From NCBI RefSeq assembly GCF_018350175.1, contig NC_058368.1, positions 45,882,001 through 45,946,000 on the forward strand: a stretch of DNA of 64,000 nucleotides, read 5' to 3'. The notes beneath the pieces were generated by a model, which made no database searches, was not told the origin of the DNA, and was given only the letters and a program-made list of their open reading frames with translations. Position numbers and translations under genes: made by a program. Shown here one piece after another: positions 35,100 through 48,409 of the stretch. Source of the DNA: Felis catus (lineage: Eukaryota). The number at the start of each line of letters is the position of its first letter. The stretch's first letter is position 1.

Positions 35100-35700
35100 G
35101 AAGTGAATACCAATGACAACTGGCAAAACATATTTACAACACTTGACACAGAGCTAATACCTTCAATTTACAAAGAACCCACACAAATTTAAAAGGAAAG
35201 GATGACTGGATCAATACAAAAATCAACCAAAAATAGGAACATGTAGTTCACAAAAAAGAGTCAATGGCCCATAAATTTATGAAAAACTATTTATATTTAG
35301 GTGGAGTGTGTGTATAAAATGTATAAGTATATATATTCCATTCATTACACTTATCAGGAATAGCAAAACAGAACAATGAAAATACCTAAGGGGTCTATTA
35401 AGAGATACCTGGATACTTAGTTAACTAAGTTATTATATTCTTTTTATATTCTATATAATGGGATAGTCTGCAAGCATTAGATAATAAAAAGGAATATAAT
35501 ATGAAAAAATCTCCAAAAAGCGTTAAGTGAAAAATGCATAGATCTAAGAAGTATCTCTACTGTCTTCTTTTTTACATTTAGAAAAACAGAGATGAAACAC
35601 AGATTTGCCCATATATACACATATAAGGGTGTGTAAATATGTTTTTCTAGAAGAAATTACAGTAGTCTGATTTGTTATATAAACTGAGATGTCATTAAAT
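35100..35700 (+). mobile_element. Old L1ME-type fragment
   Basis: gacaactggcaaaacatatttacaacac...acaaagaacccacacaaatt...aataggaacatgtagttcacaaaaaag. Confidence 0.6.
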
Positions 35701-35874
35701 AACACATCTTTTTCAGGAAATGGTACACAAGGATCAGATATATATTTTTGAAAAGCTTGGAAAGCTCTGAGAATTATCATAAGTCAACAGTCTTGCACCT
35801 TCCAATATAAAATATACTTCAGTTAATTTGTATTTACTTGGTATTATAAATAAATAGATAGCTAACAGCTATCT

Positions 35875-36223
35875 ATTCAGCTAACTGAATGTTTATATTC
35901 CTCCCAAATTCCTATGTTAAAACCTAATCCCTGATATATAGTATTTGGAGGTAGGACCTTTGCAACATGAATAGGTCACGAGGGCTCTGCCCTCATGAAT
36001 GAGATTAGAACCTTTATAATGAGACCCTGATAGGGGTCATGTGAGACCAGAGCAAGAAGATGACTATCTACGAACCAGGAAGTAGAGCCTCGCCACACAA
36101 CAAACCTGCCAGTGACTTGATCTGGAGCCTCCCATATTTTAGAACTGTGAGAAATAAATTTTAGTTGTGTATAAGTTACCCCATCTGTGGTATTCTCTTA
36201 TGGCAGCCTGAAAGGACTAAGAC
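35875..36223 (+). mobile_element. MLT1A-type MaLR solo LTR
   Basis: ctgaatgtttatattcctcccaaattcctatgtt...agaactgtgagaaataaattt...ggactaagaca. Confidence 0.9.
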
Positions 36224-36534
36224 ATCAACACAAAGGAATACATGATATTCAGGTCTAGGCAAAAGATTTCGGAGTTGGAAGCCTGGGGACACAGGTAAAA
36301 TTTGTCCTCAATGAGCTATAAACTTTAAGTAAGAAGTAATGTGTCAAGTTCTCAGTTTATTTATTTTTTCACTGCGAGACTGAATAAAAGAATCAGCAGG
36401 TTCTTTTTGTAACCACTGTGAGTTGGTTCAGTAAAATCTACATAAGAGGGAATTGGGTCCCCTTTGAAAGTAGATAAAAATTCAGACAGACAAAGATATG
36501 CAAAGAGAATGATCTCAGTACAAGGAAGAATTTT

Positions 36535-36764
36535 CTTTTAATGTTTATTTATCTTGAGAGAGAGAGAGGGAGAGAGAGAGAGAGAGCGCTAACATGTGAG
36601 TGGGGAGGAGGAGAGAGAGAGAGAGAGGTGGGGAGAGAATCCTAAGCAGGCTCCACACTATCAGTGTGGAGCCCGATGCAGGGCTCGATCTCACGAACCT
36701 TGAGATCATGACCTGAGTCAAAATCAAGAGTCTGACACAACCAACTGAGCCACCCAAGTGCCCT
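36535..36764 (-). mobile_element. Can-SINE
   Basis: Reverse SINEC; 20-bp TSD tcagtacaaggaagaatttt at 36515 and 36765. Confidence 0.96.
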
Positions 36765-37079
36765 TCAGTACAAGGAAGAATTTTCACACAAGTTCAGAGT
36801 TGATCATTTTGAGGGCATACTTTTAGGAACAGTGGTTGCTGCTTACAAAAGAGGCTTTAGAGAGAAATAAAGAAGAACAGTGAAATGAAGATAGATTAAG
36901 GAGGATTTGGACTCTAACTTGACCTTAGAATAGTAATATTATAAAACTTTATAACCAAAAGAAATGTTAGTGATTACTGAACTAAACCCTTCATTAATGA
37001 GCAATAGGTAAAGAAAAATTAAACAAAGTGCAGATTTAACAGATTATAAATAATTTGTATCTAAGAATTTATCTTCACA

Positions 37080-37307
37080 AGGGGCAGTCCTGTGTCTTAT
37101 TCAGCACTGTATCTCTAGTCCACTTGTAGTATAATGCTTGTATAAAAAGGTTATTAAGTGGTTGCTGAATGACTTCATGCAACAACTATTTATTGAATGT
37201 CTGCTGTATGCCTGGCATTGTTCTAAAGTCTAGGGGTTATACTACAGGCAAAGCAGACAAGGCCTGTGCCCCTTAGAGTTTATATTCTAGGAAACAGGAG
37301 GAGAAAA

Positions 37308-37350
<43 letters not shown>

Positions 37351-37950
37351 ATGTAAACTTGGTCAAGATGCTTGGGAAGGGCTTGAGGAAAATTAAAGGA
37401 GTTTAAGAGAGAGAAAAAGTTCTTGTGGATGGAATAAATTTTTCATTCAGTGGTCAAGGAAAGCCTACTTGATAAGGTTACTTCATTTATTTGTTTAATA
37501 CTTATTTTTGAGAGAGAGAGAGAAAGAGAGGGAGGCAGAGCGTGAGCGGGGGAGGGACAGAGAGAGAGGGAACACAGAATCTATAGCAGGCTCCCAGTTC
37601 TGAGCTGTCAGCACAGAGCCCTACACTGGGCTTAAACTCATGAGCCGTTAGACCATGACCTGAGCTGAAGTCAGAGCCTTAACCGACTGAACTACCTAGG
37701 CGCCCCATAAGGTTACTTTAGATCAAAGAACTGAAGGAAGTGAAAATGCTTGGAGTAAGTATGATCTGGGCAGAGGAAACTGCAAAAGCTGGGGCTGGAG
37801 TGTATTTGGCAAGTTCAAGGAACAGTGATGAAGCTACTAACACAGAGCCAAGTGAATGAGAAGGACAAGAGTAACGGGAAGTTCACAGAAATACTAAAGC
37901 CCCAATCATTCCAGACCTGGAAGGCCACTGTAAATACTTTGGAGTTTGAA
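37080..37950. mobile_element. L2 fragments with (TAAA)n at 37306-37350
   Basis: tttattgaatgtctgctgtatgcctggcattgttctaaag...gggcagaggaaactgcaaaag...ggcaagttcaaggaacag. Confidence 0.7.
37485..37706 (-). mobile_element. Can-SINE
   Basis: Reverse SINEC; TSD ataaggttactt. Confidence 0.95.
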
Positions 37951-38182
37951 TTATCAATCCAGGGTTACAGAAGTAGCTAATGGAATAACTCAAAACCAAC
38001 ACTCTTGATTTTCTCTGCATTGTCATTACATTAAAATAATTAAACAAATAAAGACAAATGTGATGAAAATAACATTTTCAAAATACTAGCCTGTCAGATT
38101 ATTCAATGTTATTGGAAATGTTGATGATAATGACTAGGTTCAGATTTCAGCTACTCTCCTTCTCTCAGGAATGAACCATTTC

Positions 38183-38390
38183 TGGCGCCTGGGTGGCTCA
38201 GGCAGTTAAGGATCTCATCCAGCTCTTGATTTTGGCTCAGGTCATGATCTCATAGCTCGTGAGTTCGAGCCCTGCAAAGGTCTCTGTGCTGACAGTGCAG
38301 AGCCCGTTTGGGATTCTCTCTCTTCCTCTCTCTCTGCCCTTCCCCTGCTCTTCCTCTCTCTCTCAAAATAAATAACTAAGCTTAAACAAA
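38183..38390 (+). mobile_element. Can-SINE
   Basis: SINEC head, body and tail. Confidence 0.93.
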
Positions 38391-39899
38391 TTTTAAAAGT
38401 GAGCTATTCCTCTACCCATCTCTTCCGTGGGCCCCTACCCTACCCTCCTGAGAAGAATCCCAATGTAGGCTTGCCCCTAGCATGACTTAATTTCCTATTT
38501 CCCATTCACTCAAACCAAGAGGAAAGAATTGTTTTAAGGAAACGTAAATTAAATCCCTTAAATATAATATTAAAAATCAGGGCTTTATTAAAATATAAGA
38601 AGTATTAATTCATTTCAATTGAAGATTTTAAAAAACTTAATGTTAAGTTTTGATCTTTTGGGAAGACATACAAGGACAAAGCAAAAATTATGTCTAGATT
38701 TTAAGCCAACAGAATATATACGTGTTTTCTCGGAGGCTCTAGAGTTTTCATGGCCAGTTTAGTAATCATGCAAGGTACTTAGTTAGAAGGAATGATTATT
38801 ATATCGTCCTAAGGATGTTAATAATACAAATAGCAAATTATAGCAATCTTTGTAATTATATGTACGGTCCCTATTAAAAATTTACATGCCTTGGTCTGAT
38901 TATGCTCTGAATCAAAACTCTTTTCCTACCACCAAAGGAAAATGCATTCAAAGCTAAAATTAGTCTTACCAAATTAAACAAATATTTAGAATATCCCATG
39001 ACCTACAAGCTATATTTCATACTCAACATGCTTTACCATCTAGGTGCACAATAAGAGAAACAACTCAGCTGCTATGAGAGAAACAGATGGTGAAAGGTAC
39101 CTGCTGACCAAACAGGAGCAGCAGGGTGGAATCAGGGTGGGTCAGCTCATCTGGAAAGGATGCTGGCAATTGTCATTACACACATCAATTGTTTCTGATA
39201 CTACTGTCTGTCATGCGGTGCCCAGGGGCCGTATGGCTTTCCTTGAAACATTTAACATAAAACTGCTGAAATATAATTTTGGCCTCACATTCTGAAATGA
39301 GTTGCTAAATCCCCACAATAAGAAATTAATGTTGCCAGCATTATATTATTTTAATTAAGCATCCCTCCCTTCTGTAAAGATACAGAAGCATTGTTTGATA
39401 TATTTCCAATTTGTCTGCTAATTTATAAAAGTAAAATGATACTACATTATTGTTATAAAGTTAATCAAGACTTTAATGGGACAGTTATGTTACTATCAAG
39501 GATTTTTTATTATTTTTTCTTACTATAATGTATGTGTTCAATGAGCTGATTATGCCGTGTGACAATGATTTCACTAATTACAAAGTTATTACTGTATCTC
39601 TAATGGGAAGAAATTCCAGCTTCCTAAGTTGCAGAGATGTAATTCCTAAGGAAAACCAGTAAACAAAAATATATTTTAAAAGCCCATTAAAAATATTAAT
39701 TTAGATTATATATCTATATCTATATACCACTTTGTTCCCAGACTTTTTGTGTGTCCTACAATGTAATTTTTTTTTGTAAATTCATTGATTTCAAGAAATT
39801 TATGCAATTTTAACCATAAAGAAACAGTTTCCTATAAAATGTAACAATTAATATTGGGCTATCTCTAAAAATTAATAAAACATTTTAGAGATAGCATGG

Positions 39900-40350
39900 A
39901 AATTGTGTTGTGCCTATATTTTAGTAAACATATATACAAATCCCCATCAAAACAGAGTAAGTTGACAAGATTTATATTTTAGTACTTGAATTTTACGTGC
40001 CACATATTTTACCAAACAGCTACAAAATGCATTTTTCAGGAAACCTTAATGAAGGAAAAAAGCATTTGACAAGAGGTTGTGGTACATGGAGTTTTTGTTC
40101 TTCCTTACTCCAGCATGTTCACAAAATCACTGCAACTGAACATAGCTCTCAGTATTATGACAAAGGCTTGTGTCGTTATGTGTTTGTTGTGACCAACAGA
40201 CAACCATCACTACCACAAAGACAAACTGCTTTGTCCATACTTGGTGTTGATAAGAGTGCTAATGTGTAGTTTGAGAAGCATCAGAATGTTTAAATTATAG
40301 CTCACCTGTTTTGCTACCTAAAATGCTGATCCTGAAGTCACTTCTTTGGT
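39900..40350 (-). mobile_element. Degenerate hAT (Charlie-like) transposase fragment
   Basis: GSKTGEL*FK...HQVWTK/DKAVCLCGSDG...RHK...LLCFDG resembles TTGE.IF....W.KCVG.CTDGA..GRHSG...LCEEMG. Confidence 0.45.
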
Positions 40351-42134
40351 CTCAGCTACAGCAGTCTCCTGTGGAAACAAAATAGGAATCAAAATCCAAA
40401 TACATAGAGCTTTAGGAAAAATCATGGAATTCAAAATAGACTCCTAAATCCATTTTAAAAAATCTCATGAAATACCTGACATAATAATCATAATGTATAC
40501 CCATTATCAAAGCTCAGTGAATTGAATTTTTTTAAAGAGAAAGAAAAGAGGAAAGAGGAAAAGGTCTAGAAGTGACAAAGTGTCCCCTAACATAAAAACT
40601 TAAGAGATAAACCAATTTCATGAAATTGATTTCAGAAACTGGTTAAAACTGAAAGATTTGAAGATTTAATAAATAAAAATAAAATATAATTCAAACAGAT
40701 ACAGTATAAGAAATAATTCATGTTAATTTAACGAAAAAGATATACCTAGTCAATATTTGTTTCAAAATTGATATTTATTATTTTTAATCTCTTCATCCGT
40801 ACCCAACTTAAAATACAATTCCCAGAAGTTGAGGGCTTTGGTCTGTTTTACAGATAGTCCAGTATTTAGAAAACACACAGTAAATATTTTTTAAAATGAT
40901 AGGCCTTATTTCAATGAGCACAATCTAAATGTAATACTGAACATTAAATACATAATTTACTCAATTTTCTTCCTTGTGAACATGTTATTATTAATTAAAT
41001 ATTAAACCTTTTTATTAATAAATTCTTGTATGTTGATATGTACAAAAGATGAACCGTGTACTATGCTTGTTTAAATGTTACTACAGACCCAATGCTGTGA
41101 AAAGTCCTAGTCATACTTTCCGCTCAAGTTTTCTAATTCTATATTATAGCACCCACTCCTAAGTCTATATTATATAACATCTTCCTGTCCGGTGTCCTGA
41201 ATCCCCAAGAAATGGTCTCTATTTGAGTGACTGCAGGTCCTTCCCTAAAGCAGCACATCAGCATGCCACTTAATCTTTGCTTGACAAAGACAAACTATTT
41301 ATATTACTTTTAAAATAACTAGGCATCAATTATTATATGCCTGATGGCACTACTTTTATGGTGTTATGTCTAAGTCTCAAATTATAAAGTAAAAAAAATA
41401 ACTAATATATTACCTTTATAAAAATGATAGTTTATGTGAATTATCACTACAAGTTTCACTGCTCTATCAATTAGAACCTCCTCACCATTATTTATTTTCT
41501 ATCTACTTGTTTCATGAGTTTATATGGTGAGATAAGATGCCTAGTATAATGTCTTATTCCTGTCCATTTAGTTTTGCATTTTTTTAATATTTGATACTTC
41601 TACTTATTATGTTATTAATATAAACATAATTAAGCTTATTTTATTTTTAAAAAGGTTTCCCACTTGTTTTCAAATTTACTTTTGGTTTCAGTTTTATTAT
41701 GATCCTAATATTAGTGTTAAGAGTATAACACACTCATTAAATATCTAAAAAATTGATTAGATAGTACTTTAGATAGTAAATCAATGCAACAAAACTAGAA
41801 ATCACAATAAATACTATAATCAAAGAAATTCCCTTTACTGGAAATGAAAAAAAGAATTAAGGACACTCCCAGATAAAAAAAAATCAAAGCCTTAATAAAA
41901 GGTTATTTACCAAATAACCAATCATATCCCTATGTATTAACACTTATCAAATATAACCAAAATGTTGCTCAGAGGAAAATTTATAATAATTTATCAGAAG
42001 TTATAAAAACTTAACAGAACTATTTACGGTCATAAAACCTTGGCATCCTAACTTCAAATGTATATTTTAAATTATAAATGAAGTAACACTTAAATCTAAA
42101 AAATAGGAGTTCTGAGTATTGTGATATTTTGGTC

Positions 42135-42358
42135 ATTTTTTTTTATTTTTTTAATTTTTTTTTGATGGGGGGAGAGAGAGTATATGTGAGCAAGCATGCA
42201 AGCAGTAGAGGGTCAGAGGCAGAAGGAAAAAGAATCTTAAGCTGGTTCTGTGCTCAGTGCGGAGCACAATGCAGGGCTAGATCTCACGACCATGAGATCA
42301 TGACCTGAGCCGATATCAAGAGTCAGACGCTTAACCAATGGAGCCACCCAGGTGCCCC
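42135..42358 (-). mobile_element. Can-SINE (older subfamily)
   Basis: Reverse SINEC. Confidence 0.9.
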
Positions 42359-42397
42359 TTGGTAATATTTTTGATACTGTTTTAAATGCATTTCATT

Positions 42398-42404
42398 GTC
42401 ACGC

Positions 42405-42452
<48 letters not shown>
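42398..42452. repeat. Alternating purine-pyrimidine tract, cacgcgtgcgcacg(tg)n
   Basis: Directly visible. Confidence 0.95.
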
Positions 42453-42455
<3 letters not shown>

Positions 42456-43910
42456 TTTTAGGTGATATCAGCAAGATGTTGGGATAGGAGAGATCAGACT
42501 TTGTGCCCCCCATAAAAACAAACAACTATTAGATAGCCATCCACAAATGAAAATAGCCCCCAGGAGGGCTCAAGAGTCCACTCAGAACCTGCAGCAACAC
42601 AATGGAGCCAAAAACAGAGAACCACTGCACATGAAGGACTGCTGGAAAGACTGGCATAGCTGAGATGTCAGGGGTGGTCAGAAACAAAGAAAGGGGCAGA
42701 GTTTATCAGAACTTCCTATTTAGTGGGTGCCACCATGGTCCCTAGTAGCCTACTGTGTGTAAGACCCTGTCAGCCTTTACTGAGGACCTCAACAACCCTC
42801 ACGGCAGATAGCAGCCGTGGATTATGCACATTTTGCACAGTGAATGCCCACATAGTGTTCACCAGCATGAATCTGAAGAGCTCATTTTGTAGAGGACACC
42901 AGCAGCTTTCAATGGTCATCACCACTACTGACCCCTAAAGAGAAAGACATTGTAGAACCACTCCCCCCAACCAAGGAAGCTGCTGTTTGAGCACCATATG
43001 ACCAGGCTTCAGACTTCAGCTTCACAGCCACTTCAAGCACTCCTACATCTTAAACTCTGGAGCCACCACCACAGTAGGCGAGCTCCCATCCTGGCCCTTG
43101 TTTCCATGGTTTTGTAAACCCCTGCACCTAGATGCTGAAGTTTCTGCCACAGTGAGAGTGCCCATGCCTTTGACCCTGGAGCAACAATGTGTGCCTGCAT
43201 TCTGGACCCCAGATACATGGCTGCTCCAAGGATATTCATGTTCCAAACATTAGTTCTGTGGCCACTCCTCAGATGCCTCTGCATTAGACACTACTACCAC
43301 TGCCACTGCAGGTGCACCTGCAAACTGGACCCAGGTTTAAGACAGAATGCTCCAACCATGACTGCTTCCATGGAAGTAAAAGACATCAGGAGGACTCCAG
43401 CTGGCTTTGCCACTGAACACCTAACTGCACTTGCCCCTGCTGCAGATACCACCAGTCGTGGCCACCACAGGCCACTGCAATTTTCACTGATGCTGAGATC
43501 CACTACTATAGCTGAACAGAGATTACACTGCCATACCCTCTCTGGAACCAGAACTGCTACACTTCACACAGGTAGTCCCTCACACTCACCTGTAGAAAAC
43601 CAAACTGTAAAGCTTAAGAGAGGTGACTACTTCATCAAATGTACAGATATTACAAAAAAAAAAAAAAAACACAAGAAACATAAAATACCAAGGAAACATG
43701 ACACCACATGAGGAACACATGTTTTCCACTAACTGATCTCAAAGAAATGGAGATCCATGAATGGCTTAACCAAGTATCAAAATAATTGTTTTAAGGGGGC
43801 TCAGAGAGCTACTAGAGAACACAAATAAATAATTCAAGAACATTAGGAAAACAATACATAAACAAAATATTTTCAACAGATAAAAATTATAAAAAAAAAA
43901 AAAGATTCCC

Positions 43911-44130
43911 GGGGTGCCTGGGTGGCTCAGTCAGTTAAGCATCCAACTTCAGCTCAGGTCACGATCTCATGGTCGGTGAGTTCGAGCCCCACATCGGGCT
44001 CTGGGCTGATGGCTCAGAGCCTGGAGCCTGCTTCCGATTCTGTGTCTCCCTCTCTCTCTGCCCCTCCCCCGTTCATGCTCTGTCTCTCTCTGTCTCAAAA
44101 ATAAATAAACGTTAAAAAAAATTTTTTTAA
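43911..44130 (+). mobile_element. Can-SINE (SINEC_Fc) in L1
   Basis: SINEC head, body and tail; TSD-like aaaaagatt. Confidence 0.96.
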
Positions 44131-45388
44131 AAAGATTACCAAAGAAAAGAATACAAAAAATGAAAAGAGAAAGAAAAATATGGTAGAGGTGTCAACAAAA
44201 GACTTGATCAAGCTAAAGAAAGAATCTGTGAACTCAAAGACAGCTCATTTAAAATTATACTTTTAGAGGAGCAAAAAGAAAAAAAAGGCTGAAAAAGAGT
44301 TTGGTACCATCAAGTTAGCAATAGATGAGTTAAAGAAGTCTCAGAAGGAGAAAAGAGAGAGAATGGAGCAGAAATTATATTTGAAGAAATAATGGCTAAA
44401 AACTTCCCAAATCTGGAGAGAGACATGGACATTCAATTATATGAAACTCATAAAATCTCCAAACAGATTCAACCCAAAAAGGACTTCACCCAGACACATT
44501 ATAATGAAATTGTCAAAAATCTAAGACAAAATTTCTAAAGCAGCAGGAGAAAATAAACTCATCACATACAAGGGAATCCCCAGTAGGATATCAGCAGATA
44601 TCTCAGCATTACAAGAAAAAGAAAATGACAGGCTGGTATCTTTCTTGACGATAAGTCCAAAATTCCTCAATAAAACACTAGCAAACATTTCCACAGCACA
44701 TTAAAATGACTGTACATCATGATCAAGGTGGATTTATAATTTATTCCCAGGATGCAAGGGTGGTTGAAGACATGTGAATCAGTAAATGTGAGGCACTACT
44801 TTAACAAAATGAAGGAAAAAAATCACAGGACTGCCTTAGTGGATATGAAAAAAAAAATTTGACAACATTTAACATCCATCATGATAAATACCCTCAACAA
44901 ATTAGGTAAATATAAGGAAGGTGACTGTGTGTGTGTGTGTGTCTGTGTGTGTCTGTGTGTGTGAGTGTGCGACCAGCCTACAATTAATACCCTACTCAAT
45001 GGTGAAAATCATAAACTTTTCCTTTAAGATAAGGAACACAACAGAGTGTCTAGCCTTATCACTTCTCTCAATCATGCTATTGAAGTCCTAGCCAGAGCAA
45101 TTAGGCAAGAAAAACTCATAAAAGGCATTTTAAATGGAAAGGAAAAAGCATAATTGTCTGTTTATAGATGACATGACCTTACATATAGAAAACCCTAAAG
45201 ACTCCACCAAAATACTATTAAAACTAATAAACAAATTCAGTAAAATTGCCGGATACAAAATCAACATATAAAATAGAGTTGCATTTCTATACATTAATGA
45301 TGATCTGAAAAAGAATAAAATATTTAGGAATAAATTTAATCAAGGAGGCAAAAGATCATCCAGTAAAAGCTATATAAAATTTATTAAA

Positions 45389-45482
45389 GGGGCACCTGGG
45401 TGGCTAAGTCAGTTAAGCAACTAACTTTTGATATCTGCCTCTCTCTTTTTCTCTCTCAAAATAAATAAGTAAACATTTTTTT
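45389..45482 (+). mobile_element. Internally deleted Can-SINE
   Basis: Head joined directly to the CT tract and tail; TSD aaat(t)tattaaag. Confidence 0.8.
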
Positions 45483-46404
45483 TAAATTATTAAAGAAGCT
45501 GAAGAAGAAACAAATAGAAGATATCCCATAGATGGGAAAAATCGATATTGTTAAAATATCCAGAGTACCCAAAGTGATCTGTATATTCTATACAATCCTT
45601 ATTTAAATTCCAATGGCATTTTTCACAGAAATGGAAAAAAAAAAAAAAGAAAACCTGAAAGCATAATGCCATAAAAGTCCAGGAAGAAAACACAAGACAA
45701 AATTCCTTGACTGGCATTGGCAATGAGTTTTTGGATTTGGCACTGAAACACAAACTGAAGCAAAAATAAACAAATGGAACTACATCAAACTAAAAACTTT
45801 TTGCACAGCAAAAGAAACAATCAACAAAATGAAAAGACAACATACGGAATGGAAGAAAACATTTGCAAATCATATGTCTGTTAAGGAGTTAGTATCCAGA
45901 ATACTTAAGGAACTTATGTAACTCATTTGCAAAATCAAATAACCCAATTAAAAAATGGGGAAAGTACAAGAACAGATATTTTTTCCAAAGAAGACATACA
46001 AATCGCTAACAGGTATTTGAAGAGATGATCAGCATCACTAATTATCAGTGGAATGCAAATCAAAACCACAGGACACATCCCCTCATATCTGTTAGAATGG
46101 CTATTATCAAAAAGTAATAAAATAGTAAGTGTCAGCAAGGATGTAGAGAAGAGGGAATCCTTGTTCAGTGCTGGTGGAAATGTAGATTGGTACAGCCATT
46201 ATGGAAAACAGTATGGAAGTTCCTCAAAAATTTAAAAATAGAACTACTGTATGATTCAGCAATTCCATTTCTGGATAAATACACAAAGTAAATATAATCA
46301 TTGTCTGGAAGAGATATCTGCACTTCTGAGTTCACTGCAGCATTATTCACAGTAGCCACAGTATGGAAATAACCTAAGTGTCTATTAACAGATGAATTAA
46401 TACA

Positions 46405-46421
46405 GAAAATGTAGTAAATAC

Positions 46422-46475
<54 letters not shown>

Positions 46476-46581
46476 ATTATATATATACACACATTCTATT
46501 CCATGTATATACTCTATACATACACACACACACACACACACATATATAGTAAATGTAGAAAATGTAGTAAATACATATATA

Positions 46582-46645
<64 letters not shown>

Positions 46646-46741
46646 CATACACATATATATATATAGTAAATGTAGAAAATTTAGAAAATGTAGTAAATAC
46701 ATATATGTGTGTGTGTATATATATATATGTGTGTATATACA

Positions 46742-46777
<36 letters not shown>

Positions 46778-46885
46778 GTAAATGTAGAAAATGTAGAAAA
46801 ATGTAGAAAATTTAGAAAATGTAGTAAATACATATATGTGTGTGTGTGTATATATATATGTGTGTATATACATATATGTGTGTAT

Positions 46886-46916
<31 letters not shown>

Positions 46917-46940
46917 TTCTATTCCATGTATATACTCTAT
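46405..46940. repeat. Compound minisatellite of an L1 3'UTR segment plus (TA)/(TG)/(CA) microsatellites
   Basis: gaaaatgtagtaaatacatatat recurs at ~46405, ~46558, ~46684 and ~46814. Confidence 0.95.
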
Positions 46941-47237
46941 TATATTAGAAGAGAGAATATTATTCATCCTTCAAAAAGAAGGCAACTCTGCCATGAGCAA
47001 CAAGATGAATCTGGAGGCCATTATGCTAAGTGAATAAGCCAGACACAGAAAGGCAAACACTGCATGAACTCATAGCAACAGAGTTTGGTAACTGTGGTAA
47101 CATAATTACTAAGGCTAAGTGTAGGGGTAAAAGGAAGATGTGAATCATCGGTACAAACTTCAGACTATCGTCAGTCAATAATGTGCTGTATACTTGAAAT
47201 TTGCTAAGAGAGTGGATCTCAAATATCCTCACCATCA

Positions 47238-47273
<36 letters not shown>

Positions 47274-47599
47274 AACAATCAGTAACAATGTGAAGTGATA
47301 GATATGTTAACTAACTTATTTCTAGTAATAATTTCAAATGTAACCATATATCAAAATGTCACATTGAACCAACTATATGCTATTTTTACTTATAAAAAAT
47401 CAATAAAATGAGTAGGTGAGAACTTAGAGAAATAGAGAATAATAAATACCAATGAATAAAATTAAAAACTTATTATATGTCCTATTTGTGGTTTCCCTAA
47501 TATAATAAACACAAAATTTTATATTAAAAATTTTATAGATGGAAATATATAATATATAGTAGTTTTCTATGTGACATGAATACTTGAACTCTGTTGACA

Positions 47600-48055
47600 C
47601 TTTTAGATATATTATGATCTGTTAAAGAATATGTGATCAAAGAGATATTTTAAGAAAATGGTTCACATGATTATGGAGTCTGGCAAGTCCAAAATCAAGT
47701 CCAGCCTGGTGGCAGGCTGGAGACTCAGCAGAGCTGATGTTCCAGTTTGAGTCTAAAGGCAGTCCAGGAAAGGCTGGTGTTGCAGATGAAATCCAAAAGC
47801 AGACTGCTGGAGAATACTCCCTTCTTTGGGGAGGCCAGTACGTTTTCTATTCAGGCCATAAACCAATTGCATAAGGATCATCAACATTGTAAGGGCAATC
47901 TGCTTTACTCAAAGTCCACAAAATTAAGTGTGTAAGTGTTTATTTCACCCAAAACACTCCTAAAGAAACACCAAGAATAATTTTTGACCAAATTATCTAG
48001 GCACCCTGTGGCCCCTTGGCCCAGCCAAGTTTACTCATAAAATTAACTATCACAA
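47600..48055 (-). mobile_element. MLT2 (ERV-L) solo LTR
   Basis: ggttcacatgattatggagtctggcaagtcc...gcccagccaagtttactcataaaattaactatcaca. Confidence 0.88.
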
Positions 48056-48409
48056 ATATTATCTTACTTGGCAAAGAAAGTACATCCCTCTATCGCTTGA
48101 ATATCAGGAGATCAGAAATAAGGCTTCTCTAGTGTGCTCACCATGTGGAAGGTCAGAGCTGAGAAGAAAACCAAATTTATAGGCAAGTGCCAATATCAGG
48201 TCACAGGAGTGCAGTCTGTGGTGTGGAAAATAGAGAATACTTTTATATGTTGCTTGAAAAATGGAATACTTGTAGAAAAGTTTGTCAAAATTCTAAACTG
48301 TCTCCAAATGCAAGGTGGGTTTTTGTGGAGGAAGATAGGTGGTTAGAGGCACACATCACGGATGTCACAGCAGGGCTACTCTGAAGAGAAGAAATTCAAA
48401 AAGAATTCA

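Larger units (their letters stand above)
42465..47410 (+). mobile_element. L1 (L1MA-like) retaining both ends, with large internal deletions
   Basis: GC-richer 5'UTR 42465-43700; ORF1 remnant gaagaaataatggctaaaaacttcccaaatctgg; jump into RT at ~44610 (attcccaggatgcaagggtggtt, tagatgacatgaccttacatatagaaaaccc); 3'UTR ending gctaagagagtggatctcaaa...caataaaa. Confidence 0.92.

Noticed and set aside
43187..43711. 174-aa + strand ORF
   Set aside because: Lies in the GC-richer L1 5'UTR; no protein features.
46374..47037. Cluster of Y/I/C/V/H/T-rich ORFs and a regularly spaced repeat that superficially resembles a CRISPR array
   Set aside because: ORFs are microsatellite translations; the spacers are dinucleotide repeats and the repeat derives from an L1 3'UTR in a mammalian genome.
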